DNA of 64,000 nt from Candidatus Heimdallarchaeota archaeon (GTDB taxonomy: Archaea > Asgardarchaeota > Heimdallarchaeia > Heimdallarchaeales > Heimdallarchaeaceae). The stretch's first letter is position 1; each line of letters begins with the position of its first letter. The notes beneath the pieces are model-generated. The model made no database searches. It was not told where the DNA came from and was given only the letters and a program-made list of their open reading frames with translations. The stretch lies in the NCBI GenBank assembly GCA_030611665.1, contig JAUWPI010000001.1, forward strand, positions 97 to 64,096, in the 5' to 3' direction. The position numbers and the translations under genes were made by a program. Below, one piece after another: positions 9,204-19,299 of this stretch.

Positions 9204-10301
9204 ATGTTTGACCAAACATATATTATCTTCAAATATGTTGTAGCATTAGCATTAATCTTGGGGGGAGTTGTTGCAACATATTGGGGAATTAAAAGACAAA
9301 ATCCGTTCTATAAGCTATGGGTAGCATTTCTCATTTCTTATGGTATATTTGAGATAATTGAGGTATTAGAAAACCAGAATAGTGAATTATTAATTCTCTA
9401 TCGTGCTTTACAAGTTGTTCAAGCAGTTGCCTTGATTATCCTTTTTGCAGCTTGTTTAGAACAATCTATGATTATAACGTCCAGAGCAAGCAGAATTCTT
9501 GCAATCAGTCTATCTACTTTGGCACTTTATTTCATAGTTATACCGTTAGATGGATCAATAGAGAGTTTCAAAATTTTAACTATTTCAATTTATAATGTTA
9601 TCTTGACAGATATTTATGGATTCATTTATGGTTCTTTAATTCTAGTAAGCTCCTTCCTCCTAATAGGTGTCTACATCCGATACTTCAAACTTGCATCTTC
9701 ATCAAAAAGTAGAAGGATAAAGGTAAAACGGGACATAACCTTACTTCTTATTATATTGTTAATTGGATTTGCAAGTCTAGTAACTGTAAGAAGGAAGCTG
9801 CTTGAAGAAAATATTCTAGCTTTCAATATAGCTGATCTTGCATATACTTTTGTGGTTGGTTTAGTGGTCTCATTCTATCAAAGCCAATCTCTATCTCATG
9901 GTATTGAGGCAATTCTAGTTGTAGATCGAGAAGGTAACCCTCTGCTAGGTTATTCTCCTCTCCGAGGTAGAAGGATCTCTTTTGAAGAAAAAATAATAGC
10001 AGCTTCTGGATATCTTGCAGGTCTTTTTCACTTTGTTCGTGAGTATGTAGCTACATCCGCAGAAGAGCAATTCAAAGAATTGAAAACAAGTTCCTCTACC
10101 ATGTCCTTCAATGCAGGAGAAAAAATCTTCATTATAATACAAACAAAGATTTCAAGCAGAGTTTTAGCGAAAACCACAAAGCTGGTTATGGAAGAGTTGG
10201 ATGGCTATCTTGTGGATTTCAAAGCAAATGAAATGCTAACAGAGGAACAGATTGATTATGTACTAACACTACTAGAGAAAAATTTCACTCTCATGTCTTG
10301 A
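9204..10301 (+). CDS. Polytopic membrane protein with C-terminal cytoplasmic roadblock/LC7-like domain
   Basis: About 6 TM helices followed by a ~110-aa segment (EAILVVDREGNPLLGY...FIIIQTK) resembling roadblock/LC7 (MglB-like) domains. Confidence 0.4.
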   Translation: MFDQTYIIFKYVVALALILGGVVATYWGIKRQNPFYKLWVAFLISYGIFEIIEVLENQNSELLILYRALQVVQAVALIILFAACLEQSMIITSRASRILAISLSTLALYFIVIPLDGSIESFKILTISIYNVILTDIYGFIYGSLILVSSFLLIGVYIRYFKLASSSKSRRIKVKRDITLLLIILLIGFASLVTVRRKLLEENILAFNIADLAYTFVVGLVVSFYQSQSLSHGIEAILVVDREGNPLLGYSPLRGRRISFEEKIIAASGYLAGLFHFVREYVATSAEEQFKELKTSSSTMSFNAGEKIFIIIQTKISSRVLAKTTKLVMEELDGYLVDFKANEMLTEEQIDYVLTLLEKNFTLMS

Positions 10302-10352
10302 TCTTACATAACTTCACTAAAACTTATATTTTTCAAAGAATTACTATTACTA

Positions 10353-11669
10353 ATGATTTCTATTTCATTTGTTCTAGGAACAAGACCTGAAATAATAAAA
10401 CTAGCTCCAATAATACTTGAAGCTCAGAAAAGAGAGATTTCTTTCAATGTAATCCATACAGGCCAACATTACGACGTTGAAATGTCCGAGCAATTCTTGG
10501 AATCCTTAAACTTGCCATCTCCAGATATTAATCTAGAAGTAAAATCCTCAACTCTCCACACTCAACTAGGAAAAATGGTAACAAAACTTGGAAATTATTA
10601 TAAGAAGAATAAACCTGATATCGTGTTAGCTGTAGGTGATACTATAAGTGTACTAGCAGCTGCTTTAGTTAGCACTCAAAATAACATCCCCTTTGGTCAT
10701 ATTGAAGCAGGTTTGAGATCTTATGATAATACCATGCCCGAAGAAATTAATCGCAGACTTGCAGATAGCATTGCAACGCTTCATTTCGCTCCTTCTGACA
10801 GAGCTGTCTTAAACCTCCTAAACGAAGGAATTGAACCCAAAAGAGTGTTCAATACAGGAAATACTATAGTAGATGCAATCCGTATCTATTCCTCGAATTT
10901 AACTAAAACTAAGACTTCACAAGCTGATATGATTCTTCAGGATGTAAAAGGAGATTATTCTATTTGTACAATTCACAGAGTATCCAATGTAGAGAATAAA
11001 GAGAACTTGTTAGAAATTATACAAGCCTTAGAATCTTTCAGAGGATATCTGAAAATCTTTTTATTACATCCTAGAACAGAAAAGAAATTGCTCGAGTATA
11101 ACTTATTCGATAAATTCAAACAGATAGAAGGTTTGTATGTTTACAAGTCAGTAAATTACATGTCAATGTTAAAACTATTAAAAGATGAAAAATGTCACCT
11201 CATTATCACCGATTCAGGAGGTATAATTGAAGAAGCGTCGGCATTGAAAATTCCATGTATCACAATCCGACCAAATACAGAGAGACCAGAAACGGTTGAA
11301 GGGGGAGTTAACTTTCTTGTGAGACCTAAAGCGCTTGAAATTCTTCAAACAATTGAACTCGTTTTATCTGATAAAGATATATTGAAGAAAATGAAGGATT
11401 TTACAAATCCATATGGTGATGGTTTTAGTAGTGGAAGGATATTAGATATTATTGAAGAAAAACTTACAAAGGTGACTTTTCAATCTCCAGAATCTTATAA
11501 GTTTGGATCAAAATCATTTTACCTAATTGATATTCAAATACCGATAAAAACAGCCTCTTTAGAAGAATTATATGGATGTACAGTAACAATGGTTTACGGT
11601 ACGGACGGAGAACCTTTACCTATTCCGGAAAAATTAGAAAAAGGTTTTAGGGTGAGATTGTCTCTATAG
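10353..11669 (+). CDS. wecB: UDP-N-acetylglucosamine 2-epimerase (non-hydrolysing), with ~70-aa C-terminal extension
   Basis: Classic N-terminus ISFVLGTRPEIIKLAPI, with HTGQHYD and DSGGIIEEA motifs. Confidence 0.8.
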   Translation: MISISFVLGTRPEIIKLAPIILEAQKREISFNVIHTGQHYDVEMSEQFLESLNLPSPDINLEVKSSTLHTQLGKMVTKLGNYYKKNKPDIVLAVGDTISVLAAALVSTQNNIPFGHIEAGLRSYDNTMPEEINRRLADSIATLHFAPSDRAVLNLLNEGIEPKRVFNTGNTIVDAIRIYSSNLTKTKTSQADMILQDVKGDYSICTIHRVSNVENKENLLEIIQALESFRGYLKIFLLHPRTEKKLLEYNLFDKFKQIEGLYVYKSVNYMSMLKLLKDEKCHLIITDSGGIIEEASALKIPCITIRPNTERPETVEGGVNFLVRPKALEILQTIELVLSDKDILKKMKDFTNPYGDGFSSGRILDIIEEKLTKVTFQSPESYKFGSKSFYLIDIQIPIKTASLEELYGCTVTMVYGTDGEPLPIPEKLEKGFRVRLSL

Positions 11670-11671
11670 TA

Positions 11672-12652
11672 TTAAATACTGATATCCGTAAGTACTTTTA
11701 ATAGTACCCTAACAGCTGCAAATATAGCTATTAGCCAAAATCCTGTTAAGATTACTTCTGATTTTATTTTGTGTAAGTATCTTGGAACTATGTTTGCAGT
11801 AATTAAAGTACCTGCTGCCATACAAATAACTATTCCCCAATGAATATACGATCCAAGAAGTAAACGAAGCCCTAAACCAAAAGGAGTCGCAAATAGAATT
11901 GTGAATGTTGAAGTAGCAGTTGCAACTGCTGCAGGAAGTCCTAATCCCATTGTCAGTATTGGTACATAGATAACTCCACCACCTAAACCTAGTAGTGAAC
12001 CGATAAATCCACCTACAGTTGCAATTAACACTCCAGGTAACAACTTTGCTGTGTATTCGAATTTTGTTCCTCTTTTGTCTTCTAATTCTCTATAGAGAAC
12101 AGTGTGTAACCACCATGGTTTATCTTTCTGACTTTCTTCAATTTCGACTTTGTTGATTGTTTTTTCTTTTACTGGAATCCCTCGTCTTTTCTTACTCCAG
12201 CTGATGATAATCGTTGTAATTTTGTATGTCGCAATTAAAATCATTGTAACAGCAAAAATGATTTGATAAAGATCAATCTCAACATCCTGTTCCTTAATGA
12301 ATAAATTTGAGAATAATGCTCCAGAAATGGCTCCTGGAATTGCAAAAATCATAAATGTTATTGCTATTCTGAAATCAATACGTTTTTCTCTAATATAAGA
12401 AATAGATCCACTCAAAGCTGTTACAATTATTACTCCTAAAGATGTGACTGTTGCTACATCTCCAACAGTTAAACTTGGGTCAACTTGAGAAGAGACAAAA
12501 GTTTCCAGAAGAAGTGGAAACCCAATTAGCAGTATAGGAACGTTTAGTAAACCTCCTCCAATACCAAAAGTAGGAGAAATTGTTCCAGAAATTAATCCAG
12601 CACCAAACAAGAGTAGATAATGCCACCATTCAAATCCAACAAAAATTTCCAT
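11672..12652 (-). CDS. TauE/SafE family sulfite/anion exporter-like membrane protein
   Basis: Two-repeat topology with Gly-rich helices (GIGGGLLNVP, GLGGGVIYVP). Confidence 0.6.
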   Translation of the reverse strand: MEIFVGFEWWHYLLLFGAGLISGTISPTFGIGGGLLNVPILLIGFPLLLETFVSSQVDPSLTVGDVATVTSLGVIIVTALSGSISYIREKRIDFRIAITFMIFAIPGAISGALFSNLFIKEQDVEIDLYQIIFAVTMILIATYKITTIIISWSKKRRGIPVKEKTINKVEIEESQKDKPWWLHTVLYRELEDKRGTKFEYTAKLLPGVLIATVGGFIGSLLGLGGGVIYVPILTMGLGLPAAVATATSTFTILFATPFGLGLRLLLGSYIHWGIVICMAAGTLITANIVPRYLHKIKSEVILTGFWLIAIFAAVRVLLKVLTDISI

Positions 12653-12766
12653 TAAATACACCTAATATTTACAATTGATAGAAAAGACTGTGTTTAAAAC
12701 TTTAATGCTTAACCAAAAATCTACATGTAGAAATTATTTTAAAGTAGTTCGAACTAATACCCTCCT

Positions 12767-13636
12767 ATGAGTTCAGAAAAGGAAAATGCTATTGCTGATC
12801 AACTTCTTTCTCTAATCGATAAGAAGAATGTCTGGGAATTAGAAATACTTTCATCAATCATTAATATAAATTCTCAAGATCTCAATGATTTCATCAAAGA
12901 ACTTCCTATGGCTTTCGGATTGGCAGTTTCCGGAAAAAAAGTATTCATTACACCTGATCTTGTACGTGATGTTAAGGCTGAAATTAAAGAAACCTTTGTT
13001 TCTTGGTACCAGAGTACAGGCCCTGGAACATACACACAATCTTCTTTGCTATCCAAGGAAATTATAAGAGAAGACTTTGCTAGAAATTTAAGATTAGAGA
13101 AAAAAGCAAAAGTTAAGATCACTGTTTATGGAGATAACTTTCTTGTACAAAGAGTTATTGATACATATTTGATTAAAGACAATGTTCAAACCGAATATAA
13201 TTATGAGGGGGGGTATGAACCAATTAATACAGGAAAAACTATAGGGAATGATATTGTAGAATGTCAATTCAGTGTGATTAATTATGGTCGTGAAATAACA
13301 TCTCTTGCTAACCTTCTCTTTGAATTATCAGAGGGATTCTTATTAGTTTTCAATCCTTTGGATAAAATGCAAGTGTTGAAATCGACCAACATAATACTTC
13401 TTCTTTCTCAAAAAAGAAGGTCAGATTTATTTGTTACTTTTCTAGGTATAATAACAGAAGAAGAAGGAAGAGAATCCATCAATGAAATTGCTTCAGTTTT
13501 ATCAAATATAGTTGGACAACTTGAAACTATTCCACAATTTAAGGTGTCATTTGCAATTCTTTCAGATGAGTATCAAATAGAGAGAAAAATAAACGATTTA
13601 TTACAAACCTCTCAATTGTTGGTAAAAAAGGATTGA
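12767..13636 (+). CDS. Hypothetical cytoplasmic protein
   Basis: 289-aa ORF with ATG start; no motif recognised. Confidence 0.4.
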   Translation: MSSEKENAIADQLLSLIDKKNVWELEILSSIININSQDLNDFIKELPMAFGLAVSGKKVFITPDLVRDVKAEIKETFVSWYQSTGPGTYTQSSLLSKEIIREDFARNLRLEKKAKVKITVYGDNFLVQRVIDTYLIKDNVQTEYNYEGGYEPINTGKTIGNDIVECQFSVINYGREITSLANLLFELSEGFLLVFNPLDKMQVLKSTNIILLLSQKRRSDLFVTFLGIITEEEGRESINEIASVLSNIVGQLETIPQFKVSFAILSDEYQIERKINDLLQTSQLLVKKD

Positions 13637-13638
13637 GT

Positions 13639-14307
13639 TTACCCTGGTCTAATTTCTTCATTTTCTACTAAATGTGGATAAGCTCGAAATGCAATGTTTA
13701 TTGGGATAAATCCTATAATTAGAAATAATATGGATATGATTGCTAGTACTATCCCTGCAATTACTATTGTTGCAGTTATTGTTTCGTTTGAAATAAACCA
13801 ATTTATGAAAAATAGTGTATAAGATAGAGACTGAACTCCAAAACCTATAGAGATGAAGTACTTAGGATATTTCGCAATGACTCTTTTGAGGTAAAGAGAA
13901 GCTAATTGCTTCTGTAGGAAGAAAAATCCAATCGCATATACAATGCAAGATAAAATAAGTCCTATATCACCAAGGTAGACTAGAACTTCTGTGTCAATCC
14001 AAGTTGCTGATATTAATAATAGTAATCCGAGTAGTAATATTCCTGATCCCACAAAAATTAATACAGCAATCAATTTTCCGCGCTCCCATGCAAATTCACT
14101 CTCTTCACTAAAATTCAATGCAGCTTTACCCATCCCCACTAAACCTATTAAGATTGGTGCATATAATATTTGTAAAGGATCCCATCCACCGAATACAGCT
14201 AAAGCAAGACCAGACGTGAATATACCTAATAATATGTAGAAGAAAATGACTAGTATGCTTCCACTTGTGTAAAATTTGGAGCTTCTATATATAGTCAGTT
14301 TAACCAC
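13639..14307 (-). CDS. Polytopic membrane protein (operon with the two upstream genes)
   Basis: 222 aa, about 6 TM helices; adjacent and co-directional with the next gene. Confidence 0.4.
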   Translation of the reverse strand: MVKLTIYRSSKFYTSGSILVIFFYILLGIFTSGLALAVFGGWDPLQILYAPILIGLVGMGKAALNFSEESEFAWERGKLIAVLIFVGSGILLLGLLLLISATWIDTEVLVYLGDIGLILSCIVYAIGFFFLQKQLASLYLKRVIAKYPKYFISIGFGVQSLSYTLFFINWFISNETITATIVIAGIVLAIISILFLIIGFIPINIAFRAYPHLVENEEIRPG

Positions 14308-15018
14308 CTATTCCTTATCTTTTGTTTTAGCTAAATTTTCTTCTTCTTTGGCTTCTAATACAATAGATTTATCCTGTTGCCGAATATTTTTCCTTCTTAG
14401 CAGATTTAGTGTGTTTGTTAATTGGAAAAGACCGAGGATTATCCCAAATTGTGCTAATAAGAATAGGGCGAATGCAGTGTTCTGTAACCAAACAGGTAAT
14501 GTCTGAGGATAAACATAAACACTGTACCAGGACAATACACTTGGAATAGATAAAACAAGAAATCCTATAGGAACAAGAAAATCTGACTTTGTGTTAATAT
14601 TATTTTTATCTAGTAAGTCATCAAAGAAGAATTTATTTAACGTAAATGCTGCTACTAATGATACATAAAATACAATGAGTAACACTAATCTCACAAAAAT
14701 AATAGGAGATAAGTCCCATATCTGTTCTCTACCTAGAATATAATAGAGAATTACTACAATAATGTCAAAAGTCGCGCTAACTAAAAATACCAAACTTGTA
14801 GGTAACCAAAGCTTGAACTCTTTATTTTCTCTTCCTGCTCTTAAGATTCCAATTGCAAAAAGTATAATTACGCAATCAAATGCTACAGATAAAATCAAAG
14901 GTAAATTTGGATATTGTGGTCCTAGCAAAGTATTGCTTATAGTAATAATAGATTGAAGTAAAACCATAGTCCAAGCTGAATAGAAAAGATGTTTTACAAT
15001 ATCACCGGACGTGTCCAT
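14308..15018 (-). CDS. Polytopic membrane protein
   Basis: About 7 TM helices. Start set to the ATG at 15018 (MDTSGD), 4 nt after the stop of the upstream gene. Confidence 0.4.
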   Translation of the reverse strand: MDTSGDIVKHLFYSAWTMVLLQSIITISNTLLGPQYPNLPLILSVAFDCVIILFAIGILRAGRENKEFKLWLPTSLVFLVSATFDIIVVILYYILGREQIWDLSPIIFVRLVLLIVFYVSLVAAFTLNKFFFDDLLDKNNINTKSDFLVPIGFLVLSIPSVLSWYSVYVYPQTLPVWLQNTAFALFLLAQFGIILGLFQLTNTLNLLRRKNIRQQDKSIVLEAKEEENLAKTKDKE

Positions 15019-15022
15019 TCTT

Positions 15023-16054
15023 TCACCTTTTAATGTAAGGGTTCGTTTCACCACAATTTGAACAATAAACTGCATCGTGTTCAAGTTCTAGACCACATTT
15101 AACACAGAACATCTTTTTGCCTTTAAAGTCATCAGGAGGAATTATTGTGGACTTATAATCAATTTCATCTTCTTTTCTTTCTGATGGAAGGATGGGTCTT
15201 TGTCTCCCCAAACCTAACATTGATTGAGCAGGTTTCTGATCTCTCTGACCTCTCTGACCTCTCTGACCTCTCTGTTGAGCAAATGCAGTTCGTTGAGCAT
15301 CTTGTTTTTCCCAGAATCCTTCAGGAAGTTTATCTAGGATTACATAGGCTCGTCGTAAATACCAGAACCCCCAAACAATCATAACAACAGCTGCTAAACC
15401 TATATAATATGCAACGTTATTGAATGTTTTAAATTCTTCTAGAATAGCTTGGTTTCCTTCAGAATCAATGTATTGTATTGTATTAAGAGGTACTATCATG
15501 TACATAATAACATAAATTAATTGAAGAAAGAAGCCAAGTGGAAGAGATAATTGACCTTTGAAAACATTTCTCTTTTCTAGTCTGAATCCATCTAAAGTCT
15601 GTTTCATCAATACAAAAGCTGCGAGTAAAGAAACAAGTGAAATAATAGATAGTATATTGATAACAAGTGTATCAGTATCTGATGTGAGAATAATTTGAGC
15701 TTCTGTTAAACCAATGATAATGTAACCTGGTATGTTGATTATTCCTCCTAATAGTACCAAAATTGAAGAATACAACAAATTTTTGTTTTTCTCCTCTTTA
15801 TAGAAGAGAAAGAAACCATATGCTAAACCTATTAGTAATAAATCACCAACGATCAACAAAGCGATATAAAAAAACAAGTTTATACTCTGAATAAATGGTC
15901 CGATGAACATTTGAATAACCTTTACAAATACGATGATTAGTGCAGACCATGTTATAATTTTTCTAGTCCTGGTAGAAATTTTATTGACTGGTTGAACAAC
16001 TTCTGTTACAGCTATATCTTCATCAGTGAATATTGGTTTAAATTCTTCTGACAT
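15023..16054 (-). CDS. Polytopic membrane protein with Gln/Arg/Gly repeat linker and C-terminal zinc ribbon
   Basis: About 8 TM helices, a (QRG)n low-complexity tract, and a C-terminal CVKCG...CSNCG zinc ribbon. Confidence 0.45.
   Translation of the reverse strand: MSEEFKPIFTDEDIAVTEVVQPVNKISTRTRKIITWSALIIVFVKVIQMFIGPFIQSINLFFYIALLIVGDLLLIGLAYGFFLFYKEEKNKNLLYSSILVLLGGIINIPGYIIIGLTEAQIILTSDTDTLVINILSIISLVSLLAAFVLMKQTLDGFRLEKRNVFKGQLSLPLGFFLQLIYVIMYMIVPLNTIQYIDSEGNQAILEEFKTFNNVAYYIGLAAVVMIVWGFWYLRRAYVILDKLPEGFWEKQDAQRTAFAQQRGQRGQRGQRDQKPAQSMLGLGRQRPILPSERKEDEIDYKSTIIPPDDFKGKKMFCVKCGLELEHDAVYCSNCGETNPYIKR
15243..15274. repeat. 9-bp tandem repeat (ctctgacct x3.5) inside the CDS, encoding QRGQRGQRGQ on the minus strand
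   Basis: Direct reading of the sequence at 15241-15275. Confidence 0.8.
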
Positions 16055-16185
16055 CTAAATTTATCTTGTATGACTCATATTTAAATATGCACAAATAAGA
16101 GCGTTTCCGCTGCCATTTTCAAGATAAATAAATTTCAAAAAACCAAAAAAAGGTAAACTATATAAGTACGCCTAGTCACTTTTTG

Positions 16186-16698
16186 TTGATGAGATTATCT
16201 TCCTCGTTATCATTGCTGGTTTTTGCTTTAGCATTTTTAAGTGTTTTAACTCCAGCTATGTATGATTCTGAGGGATTTGCTGTTAACTGGATTGACTTAC
16301 ATGAATCTCCTCCTTTGTGGATTTTACTTGCAGCAACAGTACTTGTAGGTTTACAAGATGCTGAATTACTTTCTGGAATTCAGTTCCTAAAAAGTTCTAA
16401 TAGTAGAATAGTGCGGCTTATACTCATCGCTATTGCCATTGGTATGTCATATGCTATGGAATTATCTGTAAATTTCCATTTATCTGCAAATACTTTCTGG
16501 AACGAAAGTATCGTCTTTCTTATTCCTGCCAGTACTGTAGTACGAGATAGCATTGGGATCGGTTACCATTTGATTCGATTGTGTCGTGTGATATTGCTCT
16601 TTGGCTTTCTCGAAGCTCTTATAGAGAGAAATCCTATGAAAGGTAGAGTCCATGTTGAAAAATTGTATGAAGATTCTTTCACAAAGGATAAGAAGTAG
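16186..16698 (+). CDS. Small membrane protein, hypothetical
   Basis: 4-5 TM helices; first ATG at 16186 (the ORF track begins at a TTG). Confidence 0.35.
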   Translation: MMRLSSSLSLLVFALAFLSVLTPAMYDSEGFAVNWIDLHESPPLWILLAATVLVGLQDAELLSGIQFLKSSNSRIVRLILIAIAIGMSYAMELSVNFHLSANTFWNESIVFLIPASTVVRDSIGIGYHLIRLCRVILLFGFLEALIERNPMKGRVHVEKLYEDSFTKDKK

Positions 16699-17010
16699 GA
16701 AAACAGTTTTTAATTGAAGTTGACCATACTTCAATATAACCCCTTAATTTGATTGTGATGACAGATACTATATTCATTCCCTATATTTCCTTGTTAGTTT
16801 TAGATGAGATGGGGATGGCTTTGAGGAGTTCAATACCCAATCCAGATATCTCAAGAGATGAAATTATGGGCATGGGAAATTTCTACAGCCCTGTTATATC
16901 TGCATCTTCACCTAATTTAGAGATTTATGGGCCTTTTACCTATACCTCATTTCAAGAAATATCATCTACTAATAGTATCTTTTCGCAAAGTGGATTCTAA
17001 AAACAAAGTG

Positions 17011-17817
17011 ATGAGATCAAAGGCTACAAGCGATTTATCGTTTTGTCAATTGTTAATTATATACGACAAACAATGCGATCAGAAAGTAAAATTCGGACAT
17101 AGTAAAATCTATGATACAGTTGAATCGTTCTTACAACAATTTACAGATATCGACCAAATCACCGATAAAAACTTGATTTCTTTAAGTGAGTCACTCATTG
17201 AAAACATCTTGCTAGATGAACAAATTAAATCAAAGAGTCTAGAGGATGTAGTACGTGATATAGCTTCTCGCTTTAATACAATTCAACAAATTTCTAATCT
17301 CCTTAATCGAAGAACCAAAATAGGAATAATTACTTCTGACTCGCTTTCTTACAATATACTAATTCAGTCCCTGTTCCATTATCAGAATATTGATTTTATA
17401 TATGAATTTAGCAGAAACGAGTATATTAGCCGAATTGATACCTACTTTATGAGAATTGTGCTTACACTTCTATTTGACTTAGAAACAATAGCTGGAAAAG
17501 AGTATTTCAGAGAAATGGATTATTATATCTATTTGGCTTCGTGTGAGGATATAACATCTGCATCACGACATATACGAAATATAGATGAATTGATAAAGCT
17601 TGATCCGAAATCAAAAATCTTCTTAGTAACCTTTGAGAAATCAGAGAATTTAGACTTAAAAGTCAAAAAAGCTCTTTTTACTGAATCAGATCGTAGGAAA
17701 AATGTTCAATTAATGATAACTGTTGGAGATATATTTCGGACATTGGATAATGCCATCTACTTAATACTCAACGATGTATTAGAATTGAGAAATATTCTTG
17801 TGTCGAAAAACATCTGA
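17011..17817 (+). CDS. Hypothetical protein
   Basis: Long ORF; the ATG at 17011 (MRSKATSD) is preferred over the upstream extension. Confidence 0.4.
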   Translation: MRSKATSDLSFCQLLIIYDKQCDQKVKFGHSKIYDTVESFLQQFTDIDQITDKNLISLSESLIENILLDEQIKSKSLEDVVRDIASRFNTIQQISNLLNRRTKIGIITSDSLSYNILIQSLFHYQNIDFIYEFSRNEYISRIDTYFMRIVLTLLFDLETIAGKEYFREMDYYIYLASCEDITSASRHIRNIDELIKLDPKSKIFLVTFEKSENLDLKVKKALFTESDRRKNVQLMITVGDIFRTLDNAIYLILNDVLELRNILVSKNI

Positions 17818-17856
17818 AAAGTATGTCTAAAGTGTTTCTATCGTATTTATTTTGAT

Positions 17857-18603
17857 TTAACACAATTTTTTATTTTCTAACCATTTCTCTATTATTTCAA
17901 ATAATTGGAATCTTCCTGAATCTTTTGGAATCACATGCCCTCCTTTCTCAATCCACTCTAATTCCTTATCAGAAGACTTAACGTTATTATAAATCCAGCT
18001 TGGGAATTCTGAGGAGATGCTGGGGTCATTTTTGCTTTGAACCACCAAAATCGGGACAGAAATTCTGGGAACAAGTTTTTTCACTCTTACTAATAGCTTA
18101 TGCAGCTCAGATATGCTTTTTAAAGGATATTTCCCGTAGGATTTATGACTCTCTAAAGAATCTAGATCATCCCAGCCAGTTTCTATATTTTTTATGTGTT
18201 TAAGGAAAATGTGAACTGGTAATATCCTAACTAATAACATTCGGTAGTCTACTGGTTTGTATGGAGCTGCCATCACAATAATTCCTGTAATATCTGGGTT
18301 GTTTGCTCCTAAATACAAAGTAATAGCACCCCCCATTGATAAGCCCACTATGAAGACATTTTCATAATCTTTACAAAGATCTTGTAATTGATTCTGTGCA
18401 TATTTCACCCACTCTCTCCACTTTGTTTTAGCCATATCTTCAATCGTAGTTTCATGCCCTGGTAGAGTAATATTGTTAACATAATATCCTTTACTCACTA
18501 AGAATTCATCTAATGGAACCATCTCATGATGTGTTCCCGTAAAACCATGTATTAAGAGAAAGGCAGTGTTCTTTGTTTTGAGTGATACTTTTGATGAATT
18601 CAT
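17857..18603 (-). CDS. Alpha/beta hydrolase (carboxylesterase/lipase-like)
   Basis: Nucleophile elbow GLSMGG, HGFTG oxyanion region, and a C-terminal His. Confidence 0.65.
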   Translation of the reverse strand: MNSSKVSLKTKNTAFLLIHGFTGTHHEMVPLDEFLVSKGYYVNNITLPGHETTIEDMAKTKWREWVKYAQNQLQDLCKDYENVFIVGLSMGGAITLYLGANNPDITGIIVMAAPYKPVDYRMLLVRILPVHIFLKHIKNIETGWDDLDSLESHKSYGKYPLKSISELHKLLVRVKKLVPRISVPILVVQSKNDPSISSEFPSWIYNNVKSSDKELEWIEKGGHVIPKDSGRFQLFEIIEKWLENKKLC

Positions 18604-18606
18604 TGA

Positions 18607-19287
18607 TTGTCATTTTCCATCCTATTAATAAACTGTCTCTTTTTTCACATAGAAACACTCAATAACGCTATTTACATATTATTTTCTGTGATTGATTCTA
18701 TTTGGTATTGGATTGTAATCGGAATTCTTTCTTTAATATTAATGATATGGTTAATTTTCGCGATATACCATGGAATCAGATTTGAAGCAATTTTAGCATT
18801 TGGATATATCTTCTTGATATTAGGGATGTCATTTACGCTAGGTGAGTACCTTCCAATCCCTTATTACCAACATATTGCAAGTAGTTTAACATTGTTAGGT
18901 ACGCTTCTGATACTGTTAGGATTACTATGTTCCAATAGAAGATGGGTAAGAAGAAAAGGAACTAAAAAATTGAATAGTTTTAAAAACATGCGCGTTTTTG
19001 CTTATATAAGGCATCCAATGATATTTGGAACTGTAATATTATGCTTTGCGCTGATATTTCTAGCTAACTCCATTTTATCAAATGTGTTTGCTGTTTTGGC
19101 GGTAATGTGCTTTTTCTTGGCATCTTATGAAAAAGACAGTTACATGGAGAAAAAATATGGTTATCCCTACAAAGTTTATGAACGTAAAGTTCCACGATTT
19201 AATATTATTTGGGGTATAATAAAGGCATTTAGATCTAACAATCCTGGTAAGGGAGAGAAGAAAAAAGAAGAAATACTTTATGAGTAA
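18607..19287 (+). CDS. Isoprenylcysteine carboxyl methyltransferase (ICMT)/phospholipid methyltransferase family membrane protein
   Basis: Polytopic protein with an RHPMIFG motif resembling the ICMT RHPxY.G signature. Confidence 0.5.
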   Translation: MSFSILLINCLFFHIETLNNAIYILFSVIDSIWYWIVIGILSLILMIWLIFAIYHGIRFEAILAFGYIFLILGMSFTLGEYLPIPYYQHIASSLTLLGTLLILLGLLCSNRRWVRRKGTKKLNSFKNMRVFAYIRHPMIFGTVILCFALIFLANSILSNVFAVLAVMCFFLASYEKDSYMEKKYGYPYKVYERKVPRFNIIWGIIKAFRSNNPGKGEKKKEEILYE

Positions 19288-19299
19288 TATTTCGTTTAA

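Noticed and set aside
16749-17000. 83-aa ORF upstream of, and overlapping, the 17011-17817 gene; possible frameshifted N-terminus
   Set aside because: The two ORFs are in different frames with no recognisable homology, so a frameshift cannot be argued. It may be a separate small gene or noise, and I could not support either reading.
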